Assembly (NCBI GenBank): GCA_043228905.1
Contig: JBHGNT010000012.1
Location: 4,030,001 to 4,094,000, forward strand
DNA from: Azolla caroliniana
Lineage: Eukaryota; Plantae; Polypodiophyta
Reading direction: 5' to 3'
DNA length: 64,000 nucleotides
Below the pieces are notes generated by a model. The model ran no database searches and was not told where the DNA came from. It saw only the letters and a program-made list of their open reading frames with translations. The position numbers and the translations under genes were made by a program. Position 1 is the first letter of the stretch, and each line of letters begins with the position of its first letter. Shown one piece after another: positions 26,247 through 38,061 of the stretch.

Positions 26247-29200
26247 TGTCGTGAAGATTTTCGTCCATAGGAGGAAACCGGGGTGGAAAGGGCAAGTCGG
26301 TGGTGTGCAACATGTGCACGCGTGTACTAGGAAATGGTGTATAGAAATAAGAGGGGAAATTTTGTCCCACATTGTAAGGTCCCTCCCTCCTTGGGCTATA
26401 AAAGGAAGGGAGGGGTCACTTATGAAGGGTTGCCTATTTTGCGTATGAAAGGTATACCACTTAGTGTAGAGTCCTTACCGTTTTAGGGTTAGGGTTTCGT
26501 TTAGGGTTTCGTTATTCATCCTCGGTTAGGGTTTCCTCATAGTCGTTTGGTGCGGCCCATGCGGCCACCATTGTTGTAATCATTCGTTGTTTTAATATAT
26601 CTTGTTGTGGATCTTGCTCCCATCTATTTTGGTTTATGCTTATGTGCTACTCTTCATCTTCTCATCCGGTGTTAAGCTTCCATTTCTCATATCTTATTCT
26701 TTCTCCTCTACTCCCTAGTCCAAGACCCCCGTGGTCCCGCCCCTTCTACACGCACGCGCGTAACAACGTGACATCTTTAGTGAACCCGACGTGAAGGGCG
26801 GCAAGGGAGCATGGAAATGGAAGAAGACTTCGACTTCGAGGAGATGATGGCAAAAATCGTGATGGAAGCCGGACAGAAGATGGCGAAGCGAGATGCGGCT
26901 CAACAAGCCGTCGAAAGGGTGGTCGATCGAGTCGGCCGGTTCAATGGGAATGAGGCCCTAAAATTTTTGGGAGCCTACAAGGTTGAGATGGCAAAAGGGG
27001 ACGTGGACGAGGCGATGCAGCTAGAGTATTTTCCTTGAGTGGCGGCTATATCGGTGCACAAGGAGGTGAAGGAGCTCCGAGAAGCTCACGAGTCATGGGA
27101 GTCCTTTGAGGGAGCTCTATTGGACGCACACGGATACGCGAAACCGGAGTGGGTATGCCGGCAACCCGATGGGAAGCAGTCGGCAACAACGTGGCCCACG
27201 AGTGGCGGAGAAGAGAGAGCGGCGAGTGAGTACGCATTACCGCCAGAAGAGAGCTCAACGCAAAACGGTTCGGAGGAGCTTGACTTAGAAGCGCTAATAC
27301 GGGAGGCATGCGAGCTTGTGCAGGGGAGTCGGGCCAGAGGCGATCGGAGGATGTGGAGGAAGTAGCCTCCCTAAGCGTAGAAGACGGGGCCTATACGGAG
27401 GCTGGAAGAGCGTACGACGGCGACATGGGAGAGGGTGCGGAGCAAGCGACCCTCTTGGCTTGCGGTGAAGGGACGACCATGGAGGCCGGTAACTATGAAT
27501 TCGGGACATGGCGGCCCGAAACATCGAGTGGGGAGGAGACAAGCCGCGGTGCCGCGAGCTTACACACACCGGCTCTAGAGGCTCCGGCGGTCGGCCCAAG
27601 TGCCGGCGTGAGACCTAGAGCGACGGGCGGTGGCGGCGGCAAGGCGCGAAACCGAGACGGTGACATGGAAGAGACGGCGGCAAGCGTAATCGAGGCTTGC
27701 GTGATCGGAGGCGGGATAGCCGTGGACAACGACGTCCGGACGGAGGCGACTACGGACACAACAAGCGGTGGTGCCGGCTCCTTACCCACACCAGTCCTAG
27801 AGACTTCGGCGGTCGGCCCGACTGCCGACGTGAGTCCTAGAGCGACGGTCGGTGGCGGCGACAAGGCGGGCAACCAAGACGACGACGAGGAGAATGAGGA
27901 AGAGATAGCCATGGACCATGGCGTCCGAACGAAGGTGGCTACATACATGACATCGGCGAGTGATGGTACCAAAAGTTTTCCACACCTATTCTAGAGACTT
28001 CGGCGGTCGGCCCCGAGAGCCCACGTGAGACCGGAGAGACGGAAGGTGGCGGCGGCAAAGCGGACGATCGAAACGACGACGAGGAAGGTCGTAGCGGACG
28101 GAGGAGAGACTCCTCGACACCGGGGCCGGAGACTACGGCGGTTGCGTTCGAATGCCAACATAAGACTGGAGAGAAGGGCGATGGCCGTGAGGAGGCATGG
28201 CCCGGAGCGAACATGTACGAAGATGAGGATGCGAGGCCCGGAACGGGCATGTACAAGAGGACCGACGGAGAGGTCGGGAACGGCAAAGAGGCGAGAGTCG
28301 GGAACCGACCCGACCGGAAGATGAACCGGTCGATAATCCGACACGACCGGAAGACGACGCGGAAGAAGATTGGAGTGGGGTCCGGTCAACCGGGCCCGAA
28401 CCGAAGAAGAGCCGGCAAGGCCGGATTTGTTCGGCCAAACATGAACCGGCCGGTCACGATTACGGAAGGGAGCCGACCAAACCGGACCTCGATCGGCCGA
28501 GACCAATCTGGGCGAAGGCTAAGTTGGCATGATTGGAGGTCGAGGCGAACGAGCCACAACACCTGGTGGGAGCCGATGAGCGCGAGAAGGAGGCCAAGCA
28601 TGCGCGAGGAGTACGACTCGGTGGGAGGCCAAGAGCAAGAGGAACCCTCCACGTCTATCCTTGAGACTTCGGCGGTTGCGGATCAACATAAGACCGGAGA
28701 GACGACGGGTGGCGGCGAGGAGTCGGAGACCGGAATGGACGAGGCTACCAGAATGGGTACCTGGTGCGTGAAGACGGACGAGCACGGCCAAGACGGCAAG
28801 CCGGAGTCGGAAGGGGCTACGGCAACGAAGGACGAAGAGACCGACGCGGAGGTTGGGTCTATGACGGACGAGGCGCATAATACGAAGTACGCACTACGGC
28901 GTAAAATGGAGCATGCACTACGGCCGGCGAAGGGCCAAGAAGCAAGCATGTAGTCGGAAGAGCGGCAACGAGTGACCGGCAACGGCAGACCGGTTGAACC
29001 TTTGAGAGGCAAGCACGCTGCAAGAGACGGAGTGGTGAGTTGCCGGGATCAGCGCATGAACGACGAAAGCGGAGGATGGTGCGCGGAGAGCAAAGAGTTA
29101 TGCACCGGGGAGAGACAAAGCGGTGGCTTCCTGGAGGGCATGCAAGGCCAAGCGGGCCAAGAAGGCGCAAGTCGAGGCGAGGCGGTAACGAGAGCCTCGA

Positions 29201-30645
29201 GGGACGCTGACACGGAGGTCGGGATGACAGTACGCTCTACAGCAAAAGAGCACGGCGGGCAAAGGAGAAGCAAGGAATGTGGAATGGGGTCGCCTAAGGG
29301 CCAAAGAAGGAGCGCATATTCAGGAGACAACATTGGCACACGGGAAGAGCCTACGGAAGGCAAGCGCGGAGTGGGAAGAGTCGACACATCGAGGTGTTCG
29401 GCATGCGGAGACGATAAAACCAAAGGAGTGGCACGCAAAGGGCGGAAACCGTAGTGCGATCGGAGAGATCCAGAGCGCATCCGGAGGACATCCGAGGCGG
29501 ACCAAGAGGGTGTACCTCAGGGCGAAGCGGCAACATCGGAGGTTGCGGAGGACACCGAAGACGAGAGCACCGACTCGAATGTCGGGGAAGCAACGTACCT
29601 TTTCGAAAGGGTACGCAGAGCGGAACGGAGTGCAAGATGTGCAATGTGGTCACGTACGGGCCAAGCGACGAGCACGAGGATGATCGACGACGAAGTTCGG
29701 CGCGTGACAGTGCCGAGTCGAGGAAGAGGCTGAGGTGAGACAAGCGTGGACGTAGAGCACACGGTGCAATATCCTGAAAACAGTCGGGAAGAATGAGGAT
29801 TAGGCCCAAGGTCGCAGGCGGAAAACGAAGGAAGCCGAAGAGAGGCGTGCGAAGATCGGGTCTGGCAGATCGGGCGGAGACAGTGGTTCAATGAACTCCG
29901 TCGAGTATGGTGGATCGGATGGAGCCGACGGTTCGAGAGCATACGACGGATATGGCGGACCGGGGGGCTACAGTGGTCGAAGTGGGACGGATGGACTTGC
30001 TCAAAGTGGAAGACAAAGTCGGGCAAAGCTGACAAAGACGCTAAGGACTCAGTTGACCGCCATGGCCGAAGATCTCACCTATTTCCCCTTCTTGGCACAT
30101 ACCGGTGGATGTGCGCTTTGCTGGGGGCAGATGTTGTGAAGATTTTCGTCCATAGGCGGAAACCGGGGTGGAAAGGGCAAGCCGGTGGTGTGCAACATGT
30201 GCACGCGTGTACTAGGAAATGGTGTATAGAAATAAGAGGGGAAATTTTGTCCCACATTGTAAGGTTCCTCCCTCCTTGGGCTATAAAAGGAAGGGAGGGG
30301 TCACTTATGAAGGGTTGCCTATTTTGCGTATGAAAGTATACCACTTAGTGTAGAGTTCTTACCGTTTTAGGGTTAGGGTTTCGTTATTCATCCTCAGTTA
30401 GGGTTTCCTCATAGTCGTTTGGTGCGGCCCATGCGACCACTATTGTTGTAACCATTCGTTGTTTTAATATATCTTGTTGTGGATCTTGCTCCCATCTATT
30501 TTGGTCTATGCTTATGTGCTACTCTTTATCTTCTCATCCAGTGTTAAGCTTCCATTTCTTATATCTTATTCTTTCTCCTCTACTCCCTACTCCAAGACCC
30601 CCGTGGTCCCGCCCCTTCTACATGCACGCGCGTAACAACGCGACA
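26247..30645 (+). mobile_element. Complete non-autonomous (pol-less) Gypsy-derived LTR element: Gag N-terminus plus long acidic/Gly-Thr repeat coding region
   Basis: LTRs 26247-26773 and 30132-30645; TSD ACGT; Trp PBS at 26778; gag-like VGRFNGNEALKFL; same 3' UTR/PPT motif as the autonomous family; no RT or INT. Confidence 0.9.
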
Positions 30646-30649
30646 ACGT

Positions 30650-30682
30650 GTCTGTGTATGTGTATATGTATGTATGTATGTA

Positions 30683-30733
<51 letters not shown>

Positions 30734-30736
30734 ATG
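30650..30736. repeat. (TATG)n(TG)n microsatellite
   Basis: Direct reading. Confidence 0.9.
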
Positions 30737-32334
30737 ATTATTTATATTATGGATGTTACATTGTATGTATTTCATCTAATTTATATGAGCTACTGCTTAT
30801 AAAGAATGTAAAGTCACATTGGAAGTTTAGGCTAGCATGGAGCCCAAGTGACTATAAATTCAAAATTTTCCAATATTCGATGTTGTTAGATAGATACATC
30901 ATACATATTGTCTAGTTCACATGACATTTCACCCACCTCATTTCAAGACTAGAGTCAACAAGGTATTACTCCAAAGTTTCTTTCTATGTTTTTGGGTGAG
31001 TTATGGGAAAGGAAACAAACATGTCAAAACATGTTCGCGTTTAGAAGTGGAAGGATCACGCATTCCACGTTTAGATTCCCTGTACAATGATGTAAATATA
31101 GACGGTGTACAAAAACTAGATACACTAGTATCACGTCTTATTCAATCTAGTTAATGTTTTTGATATTTACTTGCATTAACTGCTAAGAGAGATGACATTT
31201 GCTAGTTGTAGAATGAATATTTATAAACTTGGACTTACTCAAAACAAAATGATCTTAAATCGAACATTAACTCAAATGAGAATGAATTTGGAGAAGTTGG
31301 ATGAGATTTACACAAAAGATGTTTCGAGAACATTTTCTAAGTGGAAGATATGGATAATCAAATGCGATTAATAGTTCCACCTAGTAAAGGATTCTACATT
31401 TGAGAAATCTTTTTTTTTTTCCCAAAAAAAAACTCCTTTCATCAGTTATAAAATTTTACAAATGAGACGATTATGTACAAATCCCTGTAGGGACACAATA
31501 GTTCCATCTTATGTGGATGCCCATTGACTCAAGAAAGGGAGAGGATGACCATTGTTGGATGAAGGCTATTCATTGTCTTTCAACTCCATCGGAGCCGCCC
31601 TTGAGGCCATCATATTGGCTCTTTAGAGTGGCTACAATTTCACTCCATATCTCTTGTAGTAACCTTGTTGGATGCACGGTTTGGTTGGAGAAGACTCATC
31701 TACACCGTTGTCATGAAGATTTCCGGCTTTGGTGTAAAACCAGGATAAAATGGGCAAGTCGGCAATGTGCAACATGTGCACACATATAGTAAGAAAATGG
31801 TGTATAGAATAAGGGGGAGAATTTATCCCACATTGTAACGTCCCTCCCTCCTTGGGCTATAAAAGGAAGGGAGGAGTCTCTTGTGAAGGGGTTGCCTATT
31901 TTGAGTGAGAGAGGTATACCACTTAGGTTGAGGGTTTCTATTTCGGTTTTAGGGTTTTACTATTCTTCTTCTTCTTCATACCATTTCGGGTTTAGGGTTT
32001 CTTATTCATCATCTTCTTTACTTAGGGTTTCTTCTTCATCATCTTCTTAGGGTTCCATATAGTGTTTTCGTTCGGCCTATGCGGCCATGGCTATAAAGCG
32101 TTTGACATTTCTTAATATAACTCGTTTGTGTATCTTGCCTCCATCCATTCTATGTTTATGTCCTATTCTTTCTCCTCCCCTCTCGAGCTAAGCTTCCATT
32201 CCCCCTCTACTCCCTAGTCCAAGACCCCTGCGGTCCCGCCTAAGATCTTACACGTACTCGCGGAATACCACGACATCTTTGGTGAACCTGACGTGAAAAG
32301 GCGGTAAGGGAGGACGGAGATGGAAGACGAAGAC

Positions 32335-35300
32335 TGTAAAGAATCAGATATGGATTCTTGTGAAGCAGAAGAGATATGAGTTATGTGTGTGTATATGAGA
32401 GAGAGAGAGAGTGAGAGAGACAAGGAATAATACACAGAGAATACGCAAGGTAAAAGTATAATAACAAAGGAGAAAGACACAACCCTATACAAGGTGGGAG
32501 GAGGGTGCTTTATATAGTCACCCTCTCTCTTCATTAACTACAAGACTCATGGAGCATGGGGAATGAGAAAGCTCATAAGTTATGTGTCATAGAATATGAT
32601 TCTATGACTCATACTAAATGCTAGAATACAAAGTGGTGACATAGTGGTGACTCTTGACCGTTGGAGTGTCTATTCACTCTCAAGGTGAGTTCACACACTA
32701 GACCAAGTTGAGCTTGATTCTCAACACGCCCCCTCAAGCTCAAGTCGGGTCGGTTTCAGACGGTATCCGAAATCCGCTTCAACTTGCGTTTCGGAGTCCG
32801 CGTCGACTCGCTTTATGCGCTTGCGTTGTGCGTAGTTACGAAGTCTGTGCTTCGTCTTGCGTCTTTCTTCGCGGCTTTGCGCGGTAGATTGGCTCTTCAC
32901 TACTTCGTTGCATGGTTTAGGGTTTAGGGTTTAGCGTCCGTGTACCCCTCGAGTCGTATTGACATCGCGGACTTGTAGAGGATGCCACAATCCATTGTGC
33001 CGCTCACGTATCGTAGAACTTGCTTAGCGCAATCCAAGTGAGTATCACGCGGTGTTTGCATGAATTGACTAAGGAGACTGACCGGATAACTGAGATCGGG
33101 TCGAGTGATCATGAGGTAGATGAGACTCCCGATAAGTTGCCGATACTAAGCCGGCTCACACGCTTTGGTGCCGGATTTCGCATCTAGTTTGAGATTACGA
33201 TCGAGTGGGGTTGCCGCGGATTTGCACTCAGCCATACCGAACTTGTATAACAAGTTGAGGATGTAGTGCCATTGAGAGATCATGATTCCAGCCGGAGTCC
33301 GAATTACCTCTATGACGAGGAAGTAGTGGAGCTCCTTCATGTCCGTCATCTCGAACTTGTCGGAAAGGAGGGATTTGACCTTATTGATTTCGTCGAGATG
33401 CTCACCTCCAATGACTAGGTCATCCACATATAAAATGATGATGATCAGACTTGTGGAATTGCTTCGTATGTAGAGGGAGTTGTCCGATTTTGACATTCGG
33501 AATCCGATTTGATGAAGATATTGCATTATCTTCGAATGCCAAGCACGCAGTGCTTGCTTGAGGCCATAGAGAGGCTTCTTGAGTCGGCATACAACTTTCG
33601 GATGGGTGCTTGAGTTGAAGCCAGGTGGTTGGATCATGTACACCTCTTCTAATTCACCTTGTAGAAAGGCGTTCTTAACGTCCATTTGATGGAGGTGCCA
33701 CCCTTTTGCCGCGGCAAGCGCAATTACAGTCCGCACCGTCCTCATCTTTGCCACTGGGGCAAAGGTCTCTTCGTAGTCAACGCCATGCGTTTGAGCGTAT
33801 CCTTTCGCTACGAGTCGAGCTTTGTAGCAGTTTACGAAGCCATCGGCGTTATACTTCACCTTGTAGATCCATCTGCATCCGATCGCCTTTTTGTGTGGTG
33901 AGGTGGAAACGAGATCCCACGTCTCGTTCTTCCGTAGTGCCTACATCTCCTTGTTCATTGCTTCGATCCATCGCGGGTCCTTCGCGGCTTCCGAAAAGGT
34001 TTCCGGCTCCCGTACTGTCGCTACCTTCATCATAAAGGCGTAATGGTACGCCATATAATCGTTATAGCCGAATCGGGTTACGGGGTTCTTTTCACGGGTG
34101 GAGCGACGAAGCTTTTCATTTGCTGAGATGAGGGCTTTCTTAGCTCCGATTGGTACATCGAGGCCGCCGAACTCACTGTCGAGTGAGTGAGTCGACTCAT
34201 CGTCGTTGAAACGATCATCTGCGTATTCCACCATTTTTGCCTTGCCCTTGTCCATCTTCGGGCTAGGCCGTGATGTGCTTTGATCGCTCAAAGGCTCTTG
34301 TGGTCCGCTCAGTCGGGTCGTGATCAGACTCTCTTCGAACATGTACGTAAGGCGATCCTCATCCTCTATCCCTTGTTCGGCGGATTCCTGGTCGAGCAGA
34401 GTCGGAGTCGGAGTTGTCTCTGGTGCGTACCAGGATGCGAACTCGTCAAAAACGACGTCTCAACTTACTCGAGATTTTCGAGTTGAGGGGTTGTAGCACT
34501 TGTACCCCTTTTGCTCCTGTGAGTATCCTATGAGGATACATTTCTCCGACTTCGGATCAAGCTTTTGACGCTTCTCGTCGGGAATGTGCACGTACGCTAT
34601 CGCGCCGAATATCCGGGTGTGCGATAAATCTGGCTTCCTTCCGAAGTATTTTTTGTGCGGAGTGACCTCGTGCACGCCGGATGTTGTGCATTGGTTCATT
34701 AGGTAGACGACCGTATTTGCAGCTTCGGCCCAATATGACTTGGGCATATGCTTCTCGTTCATCATGGCCCGCGCTACTTCGAGGATGTGCTGATTTTTGC
34801 GCTCGACTACCCGGTTTTGTTGTGGAGTGTGTCGGCAAGTGAATTCTCGCCGAATTCCTTCCTTTTGGAGATACGCCGTGAAGGTGTCCGAGAAGTACTC
34901 CTTGTTGCCATCCGATCGAAGACAATGTACATGTCGGCCCGTGCCTTTCTCGACTTCATTCTTGAAAGTTTGGAAGTGTTCGAACACTTCGCTCTTTTGC
35001 CACATCGGGTAGATCCAAGTGTGCCTGGAGAAGTCGTCGACGAAGAGCACGTAATATCGGCATCCGCCGAATGTAGCCGTCTGCGCCGGTCCCCATACGT
35101 CGGAATGGACTACGTCGAGTAGACCTTTGCTCACGTTCCACTCTTTCGGGAATGGGTGTCGGTGTTGCTTGCCGAATTGGCACGCTTCGCATACACCTTC
35201 AATCTCCTTCTCTTTGAATGTTGGGAGTCTGATGACAACTCCTTTCGATTTCATTGCTTTGAGCTTTTGGAAATTTATATGGCCAATCTGCTTGTGCCAT

Positions 35301-37341
35301 AACTCTATGTCGGAGTCGGCTTTCATGCCCTTTGCGAACATGGCGGATTTCGTCTCGTGTGAGTTGAGAATGAACATTCGGCCCTCTCTTAGTCTGCGTG
35401 CGATAAGTCGGCCCTCTTTTTCAATGAAGCAACCGCCTTGATTAAATCGAACTTGCATCCCTTGCTCTACAATTTCGCCGACGGAGACCAAATTCTTCGT
35501 AATGGTCGGTACATGCAAGACATTTTTAATGTAATTTTGCTTACCTTCTTTTCCAAATGGAACATTGCCGATGTGCCGAATCGGGTGCATAGTGTCGTCT
35601 CTGGTTTCAACATAGCCGGGTCGGTCCGGCTCTCGAAGTTCTCGGAACCATTCTTGATGCGATGTCATATGGTTTGAGGCACCGGAATCGACGAACCATA
35701 TGTCTTCCGAACCGGAGGCACTAGTTGAGGTAGAGGCCGACATAGAGTTTGCTCTATGTTTCATCATGAACATTCCGCCACGGTCAAAGTTGCGTGCATA
35801 CATTCCGCCACGGTCGGAGTTGCATGCATACATTCCGCCACGATCTTCGTAGTCGGAGTTGTTCCCGTACATTCCGCTATACTCTTTGTAGTCAGAATTG
35901 TGTGCGTAATTCGTGAGTTGTCGGCTTGTGGAAGCCGATTCACGCATCTTCTTTCGACACTCTTCTTCGTGGTGGCCGAGCTTTCCGCAATATCCACATT
36001 CGATTGTGTTTTGACGGCTCGGGCCAGAGTGGAAGCTCCCCCTTCTTGTGAAGGTTCCTCGTTGGCCTCCGTTTTGCGGCCGAAATTGGGAGTTGTTGTC
36101 GTAGGTCGGACCTCGTCCGCCTTGTCCTTGGCCGAATCGGTCTCTCGCTTGTCCGCGTCCTCTTCCTCCATTAGAGTGCGTGTAGAGCATGTGGCCTTCC
36201 GACTCATTGCTCCTTGTACGCACGTGGTTTTCTTCGACCAATAGCATTGATTGGAGCTCGAAGAAGGAGGGAGATTTCTCCCGTGCTAGAATGGCGGTTC
36301 GCATCGTGCCGAACCGTGGTGCGAGGCCGCCGAGGCATATTTGCACCATCTCATCATCATCTATACTTACGCTTATTGAGCCAAGCAAGTCGCAAAGCTC
36401 CTTGATCTTCAAGGTGTATGTCGTGATGGACATGTCCCCTTGTTTAATGTTGTTCAACTCTTGGCGGAGTTGAAGCTTCCTTGCGGTCGTGTTGGCGGCG
36501 AAAATCTTTCGTAGATTTTCCCACACTTTCTTCGGCGTCTTCACTTCTCGAATGTAACCGAGCATGTGGTCGTGAACACATGTCGCCAAACAATACATCA
36601 CGCGGCTTGCGGCTTGCTCCCATGTCGCGTATCCGGGAGCCGCTTCGGCGGGTCGGTCTTCATGTGCTCCTTTGATGTAGCTCCAATAGCCTTGTCCGAC
36701 AAGGTATTCATGCATCTTGTACTCCCAAGATGCGAAGTTGTTTTGATCCAACTTCTCGGTAGGGAGAGCACTCCCCATTTGAGTATTCATTATGTCGATT
36801 CTTCTTCTTCTTCTTCTCTCTTCGAATGCGAGCTATGTAGCGAAGCTACGATAACGGTGAGCCGGTTCTTGGTCGTCGGCGTGGAGCACAACACACGATC
36901 ACGATGAGGCGAATGGGCTAGATCGAACTACCAAATCGCTCTGATATCATGTAAAGAATCGGATATGGATTCTTGTGAAGCGGAAGAGATATGAGTTATG
37001 TGTGTGTATGTGTGAGAGAGAGAGAGTGAGAGAGACAAGGAATAATACACAGAGAATACGCAAGGTAAAAGTATAATAACAAAGGAGAAAGACACAACCC
37101 TATACAAGGTGGGAGGAGGGTGCTTTATATAGTCACCCTCTCTCTTCATTAACTACAAGACTCATGGAGCATGGGGAATGAGAAAGCTCATAAGTTATGT
37201 GTCATAGAATATGATTCTATGACTCATACTAAATGCTAGAATACAAAGTGGTGACATAGTGGTGACTCTTGACCGTTGGAGTGTCTATTCAATCTCAAGG
37301 TGAGTTCACACACTAGACCAAGTTGAGCTTGATTCTCAACA
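32335..37341 (-). mobile_element. Ty1/Copia LTR retrotransposon, relatively young, RNase H missing
   Basis: 392-bp LTRs 32335-32726 and 36950-37341 (about 5 differences seen by eye); TSD AAGAC; iMet PBS TGATATCAGAGC; PPT AGCTTGAGGGGGCG. Confidence 0.95.
32924..36790 (-). pseudogene. Copia gag-PR-INT-RT polyprotein (776-aa ORF 34460-36790 plus broken downstream RT)
   Basis: CGYCGKLGHHEEEC, WFVDSGASNHM, VHSDVWGP, LRSDGNKEY, VERKN, KARLVAKGY, QMDVKNAFL, LYVDDL; ends at GYTDA. Confidence 0.93.
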
Positions 37342-37917
37342 AAGACGAAGACTTCACAGAGATAATGGCAAAGATTGTGATGGATTCTAGACGGAAGAAG
37401 GCGAGGTGAGGTGCAACTCAACAAGTCGTCGAGAGGGTGGTCGATCAAGTCGACCAGTTCAACGGGGACGATGTCCTGAGATTCTTAGAAGAACGGGTCG
37501 TGAGTGACTATGCACTACCATCGGAGGAGAGCTCGACGCGTGATGGATTGGAGGAGTATAACCTAGAGGCATTGGTATGGGAGGCATACGAGAGCGTGAA
37601 GGCGAAGTTCGAAGCCGAAGGAGGGTCTATTGTGGAGTTGGGCCCGAGCGGATTGGAGGATGCGGAGGAAGAAGCCTCCCTACGCATGGACGACGGGGCC
37701 TATGCGGAGGCCGAAAGAGCATACGACGGTGACGAGGGAGAGGGTGCGGAGCAAGCGACCCTCTCGTCTTACGGTGAAAGGACGACCATGGATGAGGCTA
37801 GTGACTATGGAGCGGGGAGCGCCACTTCGAGAGTGGGTGGAGGATTCAGGACACGGTGGCTCGAAACATCAAGCGGGGAGGAGACGAGCGGCGGTGCCGG
37901 GACCTTACCCACACCGG

Positions 37918-38024
37918 TGTCATGTTGTTACCCGCGTGCGTATAGAACAACGCAGGATCACGAGGGCCTTGGACCGAGGAATAACCGATTAGGAGTAGGA
38001 GCAAGAAAGACAACGGATGTGCTT

Positions 38025-38061
<37 letters not shown>

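Noticed and set aside
26480-26540. TTAGGGTTT motifs as an interstitial telomere
   Set aside because: Scattered telo-box-like motifs present in every type C LTR, not a tandem array
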